Shown here: positions 1 to 9,749 of the stretch, in pieces
Numbering within the stretch: position 1 is the first letter of the stretch
Layout of the letters: every line of letters starts with the position of its first letter
IMG/VR virus record: IMGVR_UViG_3300033513_000004
Span: 2,053-66,052 of that record
DNA length: 64,000 nt
Origin: a virus
Taxonomy: Duplodnaviria > Caudoviricetes
Direction: 5' to 3' (one strand)
Position numbers and translations under genes: made by a program
Notes under the pieces: model-generated
Seen by the model: the letters and a program-made list of their open reading frames with translations, nothing else
The model's database searches: none
What the model was told of the DNA's origin: nothing

Positions 1-174
1 GCTCTGGATGAGAAGATCGCAAGACATCTCGCCAAGCACAAGGGTAAGATCCCGCAGGCGAAGGTTGCTGGAAAGTCTGCCCCAACTCCCGGAACTCCTG
101 TATCAAAGGTTCCCAAGGGTAAGGAGCAAGATGCCGCGTTCTGGAGAGAGCGGGCAGCGAGGCTCATGCCCTAG
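1..174 (+). CDS. C-terminal end of probable capsid scaffolding protein (partial)
   Basis: Frame 1 is open from base 1 (ALDEKIARHLAKHKGKIP...DAAFWRERAARLMP*). It has a Pro/Lys linker and a short terminal helix directly upstream of the capsid gene. Confidence 0.5.
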   Translation, partial: ALDEKIARHLAKHKGKIPQAKVAGKSAPTPGTPVSKVPKGKEQDAAFWRERAARLMP

Positions 175-189
175 GGTTAGGGGTTTCAC

Positions 190-1491
190 ATGGCTACAGG
201 TGCGTTTGAAGACATCACAGCAGGGCTGAAGAATGTCTACCCTCAGAAGGCTATCGAGCCGATGGTCAATGAGGAGAGGCCGTTCACCCGAAAGCTCTCG
301 AAGAATATCCCCAGTGGCGCAAGGGTCACTCAGGGCATTCTGAAGTTCGGGGCTAATCTCAATCCTCCGCAGAACGTCGGTCAGCACGTTGACGGGGACA
401 ACCTCCCCGTTCCGAAGGACCGGACCCAGGATCAGTTTACGATGACTCCCACACTGTTCTCTGGGACCTTCCAGATCGGCTGGCTGACTCGCAGGGCTGC
501 CAACAGCAACACCTCGGCATTCAACGGTGGTGAGCTTCGTCGCAGGACGGAGGAAACCATCGCCGACACCGGGAAGTTCATCGAGCAGCACTACTGCGGT
601 ACTCACAACTCCGGGAGGCGGGCAGTTGTTCTCGCCGATGGGGTCAACACCTTCACGGTGGACAAGCCCTGGATGGCACTCCTGCTTCGGGAGAACTTCT
701 ACATCAGCGTCAGGACCACGGATGGTGGGGACACCGTTCGAGACTCCTGCGACTATCGTAAGATCACCGCCATCAACCACACCACTTCCACTGTCACCTA
801 CGACGGTGCGAACCAGGCTCTGGTTGCCGGGGATCACGTTCATGTCGTCACCAAGGCTGCCCAGACCGGGCTGACCTCCACGGGTGCTACCCAGGGAGTC
901 TCGGCTAACGGCCTTCGAGGGTTGGTTGACGATGCGACCTACTCGACCTACATCCATGGCCTGTCCAGGACCACCTATCCCAAGCTCAAGTCCAACGTCA
1001 AGGGCAATGCTGGGACGCTTCGGGACCTGACCGAGCAGATCCTGGTCAACGCCTGCCACGAGAACCGTCACCGCTCCGGCAAGCGAGTCACCGACGCTTG
1101 GTGCAACACGGGCCAGGCTGAGAAGTACATCGAGTTCGTCTCCCCCGACCGTAGATACCTGCAACAGGGTTCTGCGATCACTCCGATGGCTACCGGGTAT
1201 CAGGAGGACTCGCTGGTCCACTTCGCCCCGGGTGCCAAGTTCAACCTCAACATCGCTGTGGACATCATTCCTCGGGAGATCTTCCTGCTGAACTGGTCCA
1301 CTTTCTTCCACTACATTGCTCAGGATCTGGACTGGTGGGATGAGGGTGCCATGCTGAAGCCGGTCCCCACGGATGGTGGATACAAGGCTGCGTACTTCGC
1401 CGCTATGTGTGCCATGGAGAACATCGGTTGCGATATGCCCATCGGGAATACCGTCATCCGGGATCTCAGTGACCCTCTCTGCGGTGACTAG
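190..1491 (+). CDS. major capsid protein (HK97-fold, inferred)
   Basis: 433 aa with strongly biased codons. Position in portal-scaffold-capsid order, sequence character of phage coat proteins, and a hairpin after the stop. Confidence 0.85.
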   Translation: MATGAFEDITAGLKNVYPQKAIEPMVNEERPFTRKLSKNIPSGARVTQGILKFGANLNPPQNVGQHVDGDNLPVPKDRTQDQFTMTPTLFSGTFQIGWLTRRAANSNTSAFNGGELRRRTEETIADTGKFIEQHYCGTHNSGRRAVVLADGVNTFTVDKPWMALLLRENFYISVRTTDGGDTVRDSCDYRKITAINHTTSTVTYDGANQALVAGDHVHVVTKAAQTGLTSTGATQGVSANGLRGLVDDATYSTYIHGLSRTTYPKLKSNVKGNAGTLRDLTEQILVNACHENRHRSGKRVTDAWCNTGQAEKYIEFVSPDRRYLQQGSAITPMATGYQEDSLVHFAPGAKFNLNIAVDIIPREIFLLNWSTFFHYIAQDLDWWDEGAMLKPVPTDGGYKAAYFAAMCAMENIGCDMPIGNTVIRDLSDPLCGD

Positions 1492-1500
1492 TTCGTAATC

Positions 1501-1522
1501 GGGGGGAGGTGATCCTCCCCCC
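1501..1522 (+). terminator. GC hairpin after capsid gene (terminator or mRNA-stabilising stem)
   Basis: ggggggagg-tgat-cctcccccc forms a 9-bp stem. No U-tract follows. Confidence 0.4.
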
Positions 1523-1548
1523 AGTATCCCCAAGAAGGGGGGTTAACT

Positions 1549-2856
1549 ATGATTAAGGGTAGAAACATCGCACTGCCCCTGGATTTCTCTGGTAGACGTC
1601 TTCCAGCGGCAAGTGCAGGGTCGGTTCTGAACTTCGGTACGTCTACGGTTCCACTCGTCTGTGACGATGCCGCAGCGGGGTTCATTGTCGGTTACTTCGA
1701 TTCCGGGGCCACCAGTGGATGGCCCGCAGGCGTGTACTTCAAACTGAATGCCACGGGAGCGGGGGCTAGCTATACAGCCCTTGAGGGAGACCTCACACTC
1801 TCGGCGGCTGCAGTGAATGTGACGGGTATCGAGTGCTTCCTGCAAGTGGCCAGCGGTGGATGCGTTCCGGCTGGAGGTCTGTCTGCTTGTACCGTGACGG
1901 TGGACTTTGCGAACTGTGCTCTCGCTACGGGTGGGGGCTGGTATCGAGGGGCTACCTTCAACATCAAGGGTGAAGGTGGATCAACCGATCCCTCTGGGGC
2001 TCATGTGATCTCGTGTCTGGAGTTGAAGACCGAGGGCACTTGGGGCACGACCTTCGAGTCGTGCGCGGATTCCTTCGCCATCGTGTTCAACGGGTTCACC
2101 AGTGCCGCAGGGACGGGCAAGATCATCTCCAGTTCGGTTCCTGGTGTCCTGTCCGGTCTGGGGGCGGTTCGTGGTGTCAGGGTTGGCGCTAACAACGCAG
2201 CCATCGACACTGCTCCTACGGCGTACTATATCCCACTGATTCCGGCTACCGCATGGACGGCCCTTAGCACCGCGACCCAGATAACCGACAGCACGATCAA
2301 CGGGGTGTTCATCAACCACAGCTTCCTCAGTGCAGCGACATCTGGAGATACGAAGGGTTCGTCTCTTACCCTTGAGGTCACTGGGAGTGGACAGGATTAC
2401 AGCACCTGCAACTACAACTTCCTCTACCTCAACGCTGCCGCCAACGTGGACAACCCCATGGGCGTGGTTGCGGACATGGGATTCGCGACCAACTGCTGGG
2501 TGCAGGGGACCGGAGCTATGTTCGGCTCTTACTGCACTCTGCCCGGGAAGGCCTGCGTAACAGGAACCTGGGGTGGGGTCAACCTGGAATACTACGCTCC
2601 TGCTGGTGGGACGTATGTCTGCGGAGCCCGTCCAACGCTCTTCGGAAGGATTGTTCTGGGCGGTGACGCGACCGCTCTGCATTCCTTGGAAGACAATGCT
2701 GCGTTGCTGAGCCTCGTCGGTGTCACAAATACCACCGGAGGCGAGCTTGTCCACCTGCACGCTCAGGCATACGCCACGGCCAACTACGCTGGGACAATTA
2801 GAATCATAATCAACGGGACTGACTACTTCATCCCGTTCCAGGCTACAGAGGCATAA
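1549..2856 (+). CDS. virion structural protein (head fibre/decoration-like) with two-fold internal repeat
   Basis: 435 aa, G/A/T/S-rich and beta-rich. Both halves end in similar motifs (YYIPLIPAT / YFIPFQAT). Confidence 0.55.
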   Translation: MIKGRNIALPLDFSGRRLPAASAGSVLNFGTSTVPLVCDDAAAGFIVGYFDSGATSGWPAGVYFKLNATGAGASYTALEGDLTLSAAAVNVTGIECFLQVASGGCVPAGGLSACTVTVDFANCALATGGGWYRGATFNIKGEGGSTDPSGAHVISCLELKTEGTWGTTFESCADSFAIVFNGFTSAAGTGKIISSSVPGVLSGLGAVRGVRVGANNAAIDTAPTAYYIPLIPATAWTALSTATQITDSTINGVFINHSFLSAATSGDTKGSSLTLEVTGSGQDYSTCNYNFLYLNAAANVDNPMGVVADMGFATNCWVQGTGAMFGSYCTLPGKACVTGTWGGVNLEYYAPAGGTYVCGARPTLFGRIVLGGDATALHSLEDNAALLSLVGVTNTTGGELVHLHAQAYATANYAGTIRIIINGTDYFIPFQATEA

Positions 2857-2865
2857 GGAGGCTTT

Positions 2866-3159
2866 GTGGAACTAGGAGTTGCTGAGCGGATTATCCTGCT
2901 GAACATCCTGCCGAGAGAGGGGGATCTGACGACTCTGAGAATCGTCAGGGATCTTCAGACCTCCCTCTCGTTTACCGAGGAGGAGCACAAGATCTACAAC
3001 TTCCGGGTGGAGGACAACAAAACCTTCTGGGATAACGACGACAGGAAGGTGGAGATCGGGATCGGCGACAAGGCCATGGGTATCATCAGGGAAGCCATCA
3101 AGCGTGCAACAGCGTTGAGGTACGAATGGCTGCCCCTGTGTGACCGATTCTTGTCGTAG
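2866..3159 (+). CDS. small hypothetical protein, possibly fibre assembly chaperone
   Basis: 97 aa, GTG start with ggagg RBS, directly after a fibre-like gene. Confidence 0.5.
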   Translation: MELGVAERIILLNILPREGDLTTLRIVRDLQTSLSFTEEEHKIYNFRVEDNKTFWDNDDRKVEIGIGDKAMGIIREAIKRATALRYEWLPLCDRFLS

Positions 3160-3174
3160 AGAATAGGTATCCCT

Positions 3175-3888
3175 ATGAGCGACTCGATTCTTCATGGGGC
3201 AATGCCGGAGCCGGACGGGGGTTTATCGACTCCCGTCCGGGACTCTTTCTGGTCTGCCCCCGGTTGGCGAGAGATCGGGATGCAATACTCTTGTGTCCCA
3301 AACGTAGAGACTCCCTGGGACCCAATGGTTCTCAGGGAGATATGGACCTTCGATCCGGGGATCATCCCCATCTGGGTCGATTGGATCTTTCAGTCCCCGG
3401 CGGATGATGCCGGGGGACATCGGTTGGTCAGCTTTGGTCGTCATGCAGTGGGGAGACGGTGCATCGACCCCACCGGGGTAGTGATCCCGGAAGGCATGGT
3501 CAGGATGCCACAGATGCCATGCCAAGGGGTGACATTCGAGACCCCCAACATCCTGATTAGGATCTTCGAGGGGAACAAGGACCCCCAGGATGCCCCCGAC
3601 CTCCCGGGGGAGTTCGTCCCGTTCGACATGAGGATCTACAAGAAGCTCCGAGAGGACTACATCGAGAATATGAGTCTTGGAGACCTCAAGGGGAAGTACA
3701 TCTACGACCCACTTGCCACCAGGGAGAGGCGATCCAAGAAGGTGAAGGAGGAGTGGGACTATCGTATGCGGGACCTAAACGAGTTCGTGACCAAGAAGTT
3801 GGAGAATGTCTCCGACGTGGAGATCAAGGAGCACTTTGGTCGTCTCAAAGAGAGAGCACGAGCAAGAGCGTCTAGGCTTGGCCGATAG
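3175..3888 (+). CDS. hypothetical protein
   Basis: 237-aa ORF with phage-like codon usage in the head gene cluster. Confidence 0.6.
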   Translation: MSDSILHGAMPEPDGGLSTPVRDSFWSAPGWREIGMQYSCVPNVETPWDPMVLREIWTFDPGIIPIWVDWIFQSPADDAGGHRLVSFGRHAVGRRCIDPTGVVIPEGMVRMPQMPCQGVTFETPNILIRIFEGNKDPQDAPDLPGEFVPFDMRIYKKLREDYIENMSLGDLKGKYIYDPLATRERRSKKVKEEWDYRMRDLNEFVTKKLENVSDVEIKEHFGRLKERARARASRLGR

Positions 3889-3940
3889 GCGGTCAATCCG
3901 ACCTGACAAGGAAACTTGTCGAGGATTCGTGAGGTAGATC

Positions 3941-4846
3941 ATGGATAGAGCAGTCAAGGCTACAGGATTGGAGTTCTTCGTTACCCCCAAGGAGTACGTG
4001 TTGCTGAACTCCACCACGGAGGCAGTGAAGCTGGAGGATGCCGGGGAGTGCTTCTGGATTCCACCTCGCAGCAAGATCGTCAGGCAGCATCCCAAGTCCG
4101 CCAGCGATCCACAGTACCGGGAAGTCCCCCACTCCATGATAGGACCCGAGGGTAGGTTGATCCCCGGGACTCTCATCATCAGGGACAAGATTGAGAAGGA
4201 CATCTCTGGGGCTGAGTACGTGAAGTTCAATGCCGCTCTGGCCATCAAGACCAGACTGGGGATCGACCCCGAGACCGGGACCTACACCGGGCCTCTAGCC
4301 ATGCGAGGCATCTCGGTTGTCCCACCGAAGGCCGATCTGGAGACCATCCGCAAGATCGACCGTGAGGGGATCTCCCGGTGGAAGCGGTGGCAGTATCGGG
4401 ATGCCATGGCCATGGTCTGCGCCCACGACTCCAAGAACGCCAAGCGCAAGGCTGCCGGGATGGAGCCACAGCCCAAGGATGACAAGTTGATGAGGGCTGA
4501 GATCCTCCTGAAGCAGTTGGAGGAAGAGGAGAGGGCCAGGCTGGAGAAGGAGTTCACTGAGATATCCCAGGTCCCCGCAGGACTGGAGGATACCGAGTAC
4601 AGCCTGTTCAGCGAGCCGGATTTCCGTGAGAAGGAGGTGGACCTTGCGCCGCCGGTTGAAGAGACCCCGGCTCCTGAGCCGGAGAAGGTTATGGTGGCTA
4701 GTCCTAAGGTGGAGAAGGGCAACCTGATCCCGGAGGAACTCGTCTCCCTGCTGGAGTCCAACCCCAAGGCCATGAAGCTCCTTCGGTCCAAGTACAACAT
4801 CAGGAAGCGCCACTACGATACCAAGAAGGATAGGGTGACTGGATGA
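3941..4846 (+). CDS. hypothetical protein
   Basis: 301 aa, gaggt RBS, ATGA overlap with the next gene. Confidence 0.65.
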   Translation: MDRAVKATGLEFFVTPKEYVLLNSTTEAVKLEDAGECFWIPPRSKIVRQHPKSASDPQYREVPHSMIGPEGRLIPGTLIIRDKIEKDISGAEYVKFNAALAIKTRLGIDPETGTYTGPLAMRGISVVPPKADLETIRKIDREGISRWKRWQYRDAMAMVCAHDSKNAKRKAAGMEPQPKDDKLMRAEILLKQLEEEERARLEKEFTEISQVPAGLEDTEYSLFSEPDFREKEVDLAPPVEETPAPEPEKVMVASPKVEKGNLIPEELVSLLESNPKAMKLLRSKYNIRKRHYDTKKDRVTG

Positions 4847-5535
4847 ATACCAAGAACCTCATCGACAGGCTTCTGCTCTATACAGACAACACCTTGTCAA
4901 CAGACGCCGGGACTACCGTGCGTCGAGTGAAGCACCTGGAGTGGGCTCAGGAAGTGTGGGATGAGGTTTGGCATTACGCCGAGTGGCCCTTTAGCTACAC
5001 TACGACGGGCTCGCCTCTGACAATCCCGGTCAGCCAGGGTTATGTGGCTCTCCCGGCAGGATTCTCCACGTTTGGGGACAGGGGGACCGCATACCTGTCT
5101 ACCGACTATGGGACCCCCATGACAGAGGTGAGCCCCCAACTCATCCAGAGAGCACAGAGATCCACCGGGTCTACGGCTAACCCCACGGAGTTCTGTGTCT
5201 ACATGGCGGACGATGGGCTCCAGCGGTTCCAGGTCCCCACCAACTCCGAAGCCCTCACAGTCTACATCTACTACAAGAAGATACCCCCCACCTTGGTGGA
5301 CATCGACCATGCCACGACTAGCATGCTCCAACACATCCCCGCTGCCTACCATTACTCGGTGCTGCTGGCTGGGTGCAAGGAGAAGGCTGCCAGGTCCAAG
5401 GGGGATGCCAGGGCCTCCAGTGAGTGGGCAGGTGTGTACCAGAGTGCCCTAGCCAAGATGGTCCAGAAGGAACTGTCCAACCGCTACAAGAGCAGCATTC
5501 ATCGCCTGGGACGGGCTACAGTCGGTATGTGGTAA
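4843..5535 (+). CDS. head-tail adaptor protein (P22 gp4-like, inferred)
   Basis: 230 aa with helical ends and a central beta region. Pattern W..V...AEWPF / IP..YH..LL.G is typical of phage adaptors. Position fits. Confidence 0.6.
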   Translation: MNTKNLIDRLLLYTDNTLSTDAGTTVRRVKHLEWAQEVWDEVWHYAEWPFSYTTTGSPLTIPVSQGYVALPAGFSTFGDRGTAYLSTDYGTPMTEVSPQLIQRAQRSTGSTANPTEFCVYMADDGLQRFQVPTNSEALTVYIYYKKIPPTLVDIDHATTSMLQHIPAAYHYSVLLAGCKEKAARSKGDARASSEWAGVYQSALAKMVQKELSNRYKSSIHRLGRATVGMW

Positions 5536-5546
5536 GGAGATAACCC

Positions 5547-6332
5547 ATGAAGAAGGTCTTGATTGGCGCGTTTTTGGCTGGATTGCTCCTAGCCACTCCG
5601 GTTATGGGGCAAGAGAACCCCCAGGCGTACTTTGCCCTGCGGTACGACCTGGACGCTACTGCCATCACCTACTGTAGGTGTGAGGGAGTAGATGGCAACC
5701 CTTTTGGAGCCCCCATGCCCGTGGAGTACCTCGTGGACAATGGAGGCTCGTCTACTGCAGTTACGTCTGCGACCGCTGGGCAGCCTGTGTTCGCAGGTAT
5801 GGCGAGAGGAGACGTGATCTTCATCTCGATTGGAGGGGTCCTCTACCCACGAGGGATCGTTACCTATACCGACTCCGAGAATATCGTGGTGGACGAGGCT
5901 ATCGACCTATCAGCCGCAGACTATCCTATTACCTGGAAGAAGAACAACTGTGGAACCGCCGTCACCTCCGGGTGGATCTCTACTGCCGGGCTAGAGCAGG
6001 CGACTGTGGGGTTCTTCGTCAAGCAGTTTGTGGGGGATACCAATGGGCTGGATGTACGCATTGAGGGTACAGTTGTAACTGCTGATGGTACAACCAACGT
6101 AGTCCAATTGTGGCCCTCCGGGAAGACCGTTGCAGGCGCTGCAACAGTTCAGTCCTTCAGCACTGGAGGAGTGGACCCAACCGCCGGGATCACCTCGAAC
6201 CTCTTTGTCAACATCACCGCAGCAGTGCAGGAAGTCCGGGTTGGGATGTTCCACAACACCGCCGATGATGGCAATGACCTGACTACCAATGCTGAGGAGA
6301 TCACGGTTATCCTGTTTGGGCTGAGGAAGTAA
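5547..6332 (+). CDS. tail-region protein with Sec signal peptide
   Basis: 261 aa. N-terminus MKKVLIGAFLAGLLLATPVMG|QE, followed by a beta-rich mature part. Confidence 0.6.
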   Translation: MKKVLIGAFLAGLLLATPVMGQENPQAYFALRYDLDATAITYCRCEGVDGNPFGAPMPVEYLVDNGGSSTAVTSATAGQPVFAGMARGDVIFISIGGVLYPRGIVTYTDSENIVVDEAIDLSAADYPITWKKNNCGTAVTSGWISTAGLEQATVGFFVKQFVGDTNGLDVRIEGTVVTADGTTNVVQLWPSGKTVAGAATVQSFSTGGVDPTAGITSNLFVNITAAVQEVRVGMFHNTADDGNDLTTNAEEITVILFGLRK

Positions 6333-6333
6333 C

Positions 6334-8595
6334 ATGAAGAGACTAATTGGAGTTCTCATATTCCTGCTCGCTGCCCCTGCCTACGCCCAGTTGGAGTGTG
6401 CCTCGGTAGACGGGGTTGGCTGCGCCGGGGGTGCTGGAAGCACTAATGTCGCTGCCGACTACGATTGGACTGGGCTACATACCTTCCCCGTGGACAAGCT
6501 CAGTTGGGGTGGGGCCATCCAAGCCCTGAACTCCTGCTGGCTGACTACCGGGGGGTTCACCTGTGAGGGAGCCACTGCAAACGACTTCGAGACCAGGATT
6601 GTAGTCACCGATCCCTTTGCAGATACGACCTTCACCATCGGACCTAGCCCAGATGGGAATCCCTGGATTGGGGCCACAGCCGGGGATAGCGCAGCGGCTA
6701 CCGAGGTAGATAATGTCTTCATAGGATCTGCCGCAGGGACAGCCGCGTCCAGTACTTCCACCGATAACACTTGTGTGGGGGATAATGCCTGTCTTGCGGT
6801 GACCACTGGAGATCAGAACACCGCCGTTGGGTCCGGTGCCGGTGGGACCACCACAACCGGGAGTTATAACACCCAGTTCGGTTACAGTGCCCTGACCAAA
6901 GAGGTGGGCACCGCTGGTGGTACAGCCATTGGGAACACCACCATTGTTGGGGATAATGCTGTAGCTGTGGGCTATGGAGCCGAGGCTTACGCTGGGAGTG
7001 TCTCTATCGGTACTGGGGCCGGAGATGCCGCTGCTGCTGTGGATGTCAACAATGTGTTCATCGGGGACCAGGCTGGTGGGGCGGCATCCGGTACCTCTAC
7101 CGACAATACGTGCGTAGGAGATATCGCCTGTACGGGAATGACAACCGGGGACCGCAACATCTGCTTGGGGCAGAACTCTTGCGCCGGTCTCACCACAGGT
7201 GGGAGCAACCTCTTCATCGGAGTGGATTCTACTGCCATTACTACCTCCGCCCAGAACGTGGTGATTGGGGATGGGAACATAGCTTATGGGAATACTGGTG
7301 TGGCTATCGGCTATGGGGCGGATGTCTCGGATGGGGTGGCCATTGGATACCAGGCCGGGGATGCTGTTGCAGCGGTTGATGTGGACAATGTCTTCATCGG
7401 GAACTCTGCTGGAACTGCTGCTAACGGGACATCAACTGACAACACCTGCGTTGGTGACACTGCATGCGACTCCCTCACCACGGGCGATCAGGTCGTAGTG
7501 ATCGGCGCTGATGCAGACTTGGTTGGAGCCGGCGACTCTGCGGTTATAGTCATTGGAGCCGAAGCCAAGGGTGGAAACTCGGGTGGGGTTACGATTGGTA
7601 CAAGCGCTGGGTCGGCACTCGTGGCCGGGGCGGACTACAACACGCTTGTTGGGCATAGGGCAGGGGCGGCGATGAACAACACTGGGGCTGACAACAACAC
7701 CTGCTTCGGCTACCAGGCGTGTGCCTCGGTGACATCTGGCGACAGCATCACAGCCGTAGGTTCCGGTGCTGCATCAACTACGATTACAACCGGAACCGAT
7801 GACGTATTCATTGGTCGCCAGAGCGGCTTGGGTACAGCTACCACTACCTCTAACACAGTGATTATTGGTGCCGGTGCTGGGGCGAACATAGATGGTTCTA
7901 CCAATACATGCGTAGGTTCTGGCGCATGTGACGACGTAACCGCAAACAATTCGTGCCTCGGGTTCAATTGCTTTGGTGCTGATGCCACCAATACGTTCGA
8001 CAACAACACTGGAGTGGGGACGGAGTCTGGAGAGATATTCGCAGACGACAGCGATAGCAACATCTGCGTAGGCTACCAAGCCTGTGGCGTCGGGACCTCT
8101 GCGTCTGTTACCTATGACAACACAACCACCATTGGGTCCATGGACCCAAAGGGTAGCAACTCCATTCTGCTCGGGTTCGGCACGCAGGAGCACTACTTCC
8201 ACCAGGGGACCGCAAAGGCGTTGACCGAGAGCACCGACACCCCCATTGTTCGCATTAGTGTGGCGCAGGGCGCTGCCGGGATGGTGGGAGCGGTCATCGA
8301 GTGGACGGTGGTCGCTTCGGATGGGACCGACCACCAGACCTTGACCGGGATTACACAACTCAACGCCATCAACAAGGCTGGCACGGAGACTTGCACCGCA
8401 GAAACTTTGGGCGGGACTGCCGAGGCTTCCAGTTCCGGTACGCTCGCCATGGAAGACGCACCGGACTGCGTGAGTAGTGTTGCGGACACGGTGGACTTCC
8501 AACTTGACATGGTGTCGAGCCTGACGCAGACCACACTGAATGCCTACTACACGATCCGGGTCATGGGTCCGGCCACGACGATAACTCCTCAGTGA
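6334..8595 (+). CDS. tail fibre/adhesin-like beta-roll repeat protein with Sec signal peptide
   Basis: 753 aa. MKRLIGVLIFLLAAPAYA|Q. Repeated NxxIG/NTxVG..AG units as in trimeric adhesin heads and phage fibres. 22 Cys. Confidence 0.75.
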   Translation: MKRLIGVLIFLLAAPAYAQLECASVDGVGCAGGAGSTNVAADYDWTGLHTFPVDKLSWGGAIQALNSCWLTTGGFTCEGATANDFETRIVVTDPFADTTFTIGPSPDGNPWIGATAGDSAAATEVDNVFIGSAAGTAASSTSTDNTCVGDNACLAVTTGDQNTAVGSGAGGTTTTGSYNTQFGYSALTKEVGTAGGTAIGNTTIVGDNAVAVGYGAEAYAGSVSIGTGAGDAAAAVDVNNVFIGDQAGGAASGTSTDNTCVGDIACTGMTTGDRNICLGQNSCAGLTTGGSNLFIGVDSTAITTSAQNVVIGDGNIAYGNTGVAIGYGADVSDGVAIGYQAGDAVAAVDVDNVFIGNSAGTAANGTSTDNTCVGDTACDSLTTGDQVVVIGADADLVGAGDSAVIVIGAEAKGGNSGGVTIGTSAGSALVAGADYNTLVGHRAGAAMNNTGADNNTCFGYQACASVTSGDSITAVGSGAASTTITTGTDDVFIGRQSGLGTATTTSNTVIIGAGAGANIDGSTNTCVGSGACDDVTANNSCLGFNCFGADATNTFDNNTGVGTESGEIFADDSDSNICVGYQACGVGTSASVTYDNTTTIGSMDPKGSNSILLGFGTQEHYFHQGTAKALTESTDTPIVRISVAQGAAGMVGAVIEWTVVASDGTDHQTLTGITQLNAINKAGTETCTAETLGGTAEASSSGTLAMEDAPDCVSSVADTVDFQLDMVSSLTQTTLNAYYTIRVMGPATTITPQ

Positions 8596-8608
8596 TAAGG
8601 AGAGTCTG

Positions 8609-9040
8609 ATGAAGAAGCTACTGTTTGTATTGCTCGTTCTGGGGCTTGCGACTGCTGCATCCCCTGCTGAAATCTGCATTACCAATACCCCAAACATCTG
8701 CGTGACGACTACGACTGAGGAGAACACCGCAGGTCTCTATTATCAGACCGCCTACGATGACAACCTCTGCACTACAGTGAACCTCCCATCTGGATGCTCT
8801 CTCGCCGAGTACACCGCTGCGGGGGGAACGGAGACCTTCTATGCTCGCACCGCTTCCGGGGCCAAGCAGTTCTTCATGGATATGGTCATCAAGGAGGCAT
8901 TGACAAGGTTCGTCTCCAGCTACAACGTCGAGTTGGACTCCCGAGCTAAGCATATCTGGAATCACGAGTTGACCTCTGAGCAGAAGAGCACCACCTGCGT
9001 CAGTTGGGGCAAGACCTCCGAATGTAAGCCAATCAGCTAG
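8609..9040 (+). CDS. small secreted Cys-paired protein
   Basis: 143 aa. MKKLLFVLLVLGLATAASPA|E. Six Cys in three close pairs. Confidence 0.6.
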   Translation: MKKLLFVLLVLGLATAASPAEICITNTPNICVTTTTEENTAGLYYQTAYDDNLCTTVNLPSGCSLAEYTAAGGTETFYARTASGAKQFFMDMVIKEALTRFVSSYNVELDSRAKHIWNHELTSEQKSTTCVSWGKTSECKPIS

Positions 9041-9047
9041 AACGCAT

Positions 9048-9347
9048 ATGCCCAGCAAAGCCACTACGAAGCGCCTCGGATACTACGTGGGGGTCCTTGC
9101 GCTCCCAGACTACTTGAGTGGGAGATATGCGTTAAGCAAGAACCCCAGAGCGCTGGAGTGGAACCCCCTTCAACAGAACGACGCGACTGCCATTGCCACG
9201 CAGATTGCTACGGCGTTGGCGTGTGCTGGACTTGAAGGGAAGGCTGCGAAGAAGCACCCGAATCTTGCGAAGGGGATCAGGATCGGGGCGACGGGCCTGA
9301 AGGCGCTCGCCATTGCCGTCAACATCCGGAATGCGAACAGAAAATGA
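9048..9347 (+). CDS. hypothetical basic/amphipathic protein
   Basis: 99-aa ORF filling the gap ahead of the lysis genes. Confidence 0.45.
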   Translation: MPSKATTKRLGYYVGVLALPDYLSGRYALSKNPRALEWNPLQQNDATAIATQIATALACAGLEGKAAKKHPNLAKGIRIGATGLKALAIAVNIRNANRK

Positions 9348-9359
9348 CGGGGGGCAAGA

Positions 9360-9725
9360 ATGGACTGGATTGCGCTATTACCGCACGAGGGGGCCGCATA
9401 CATTGCATTGACCTTGGCCTGTGCTCTCTACCTGCTGGGGATTCATTATCACCTGTGGAGAATGCCGGATTTGCTTTCCGAGTGGGCAGAGGAGAAGACC
9501 CAGGATCTGCGGGGCCGACTTAGGAGAGTCGAGGAGGAGATGAAAATGCATGCTGGGCTTGAGCCGCGCATTATCAAGGTGGAAACGCGAGCTGAAGGAC
9601 TAGCGACGCGCTTCGATGAGGCTGTTGGACGCTTGGAGAAGCGGCACGACATGGCGGATCTAAAGCTGAACGATATCTCCGAGACGCTGAATCGGATTGT
9701 TGGGCGTCTAAACGGGAAGGGCTGA
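9360..9725 (+). CDS. membrane protein with coiled coil (holin/antiholin-like)
   Basis: One N-terminal TM segment plus a heptad coiled coil, directly upstream of the endolysin. Confidence 0.45.
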   Translation: MDWIALLPHEGAAYIALTLACALYLLGIHYHLWRMPDLLSEWAEEKTQDLRGRLRRVEEEMKMHAGLEPRIIKVETRAEGLATRFDEAVGRLEKRHDMADLKLNDISETLNRIVGRLNGKG

Positions 9726-9749
9726 TTCTGAAGGCGGAGGTGAAGCGCG

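Noticed and set aside
103-1533. 476-aa antisense ORF over the capsid gene
   Set aside because: Shadow of a codon-biased gene, with no motifs or RBS.
6680-7800. Fibre repeats or TGGCCA cluster as a CRISPR array
   Set aside because: The repeats are degenerate coding units or 6-mers without constant repeat-spacer periodicity. The Cas4-like nuclease sits with an SSAP, not with cas genes.
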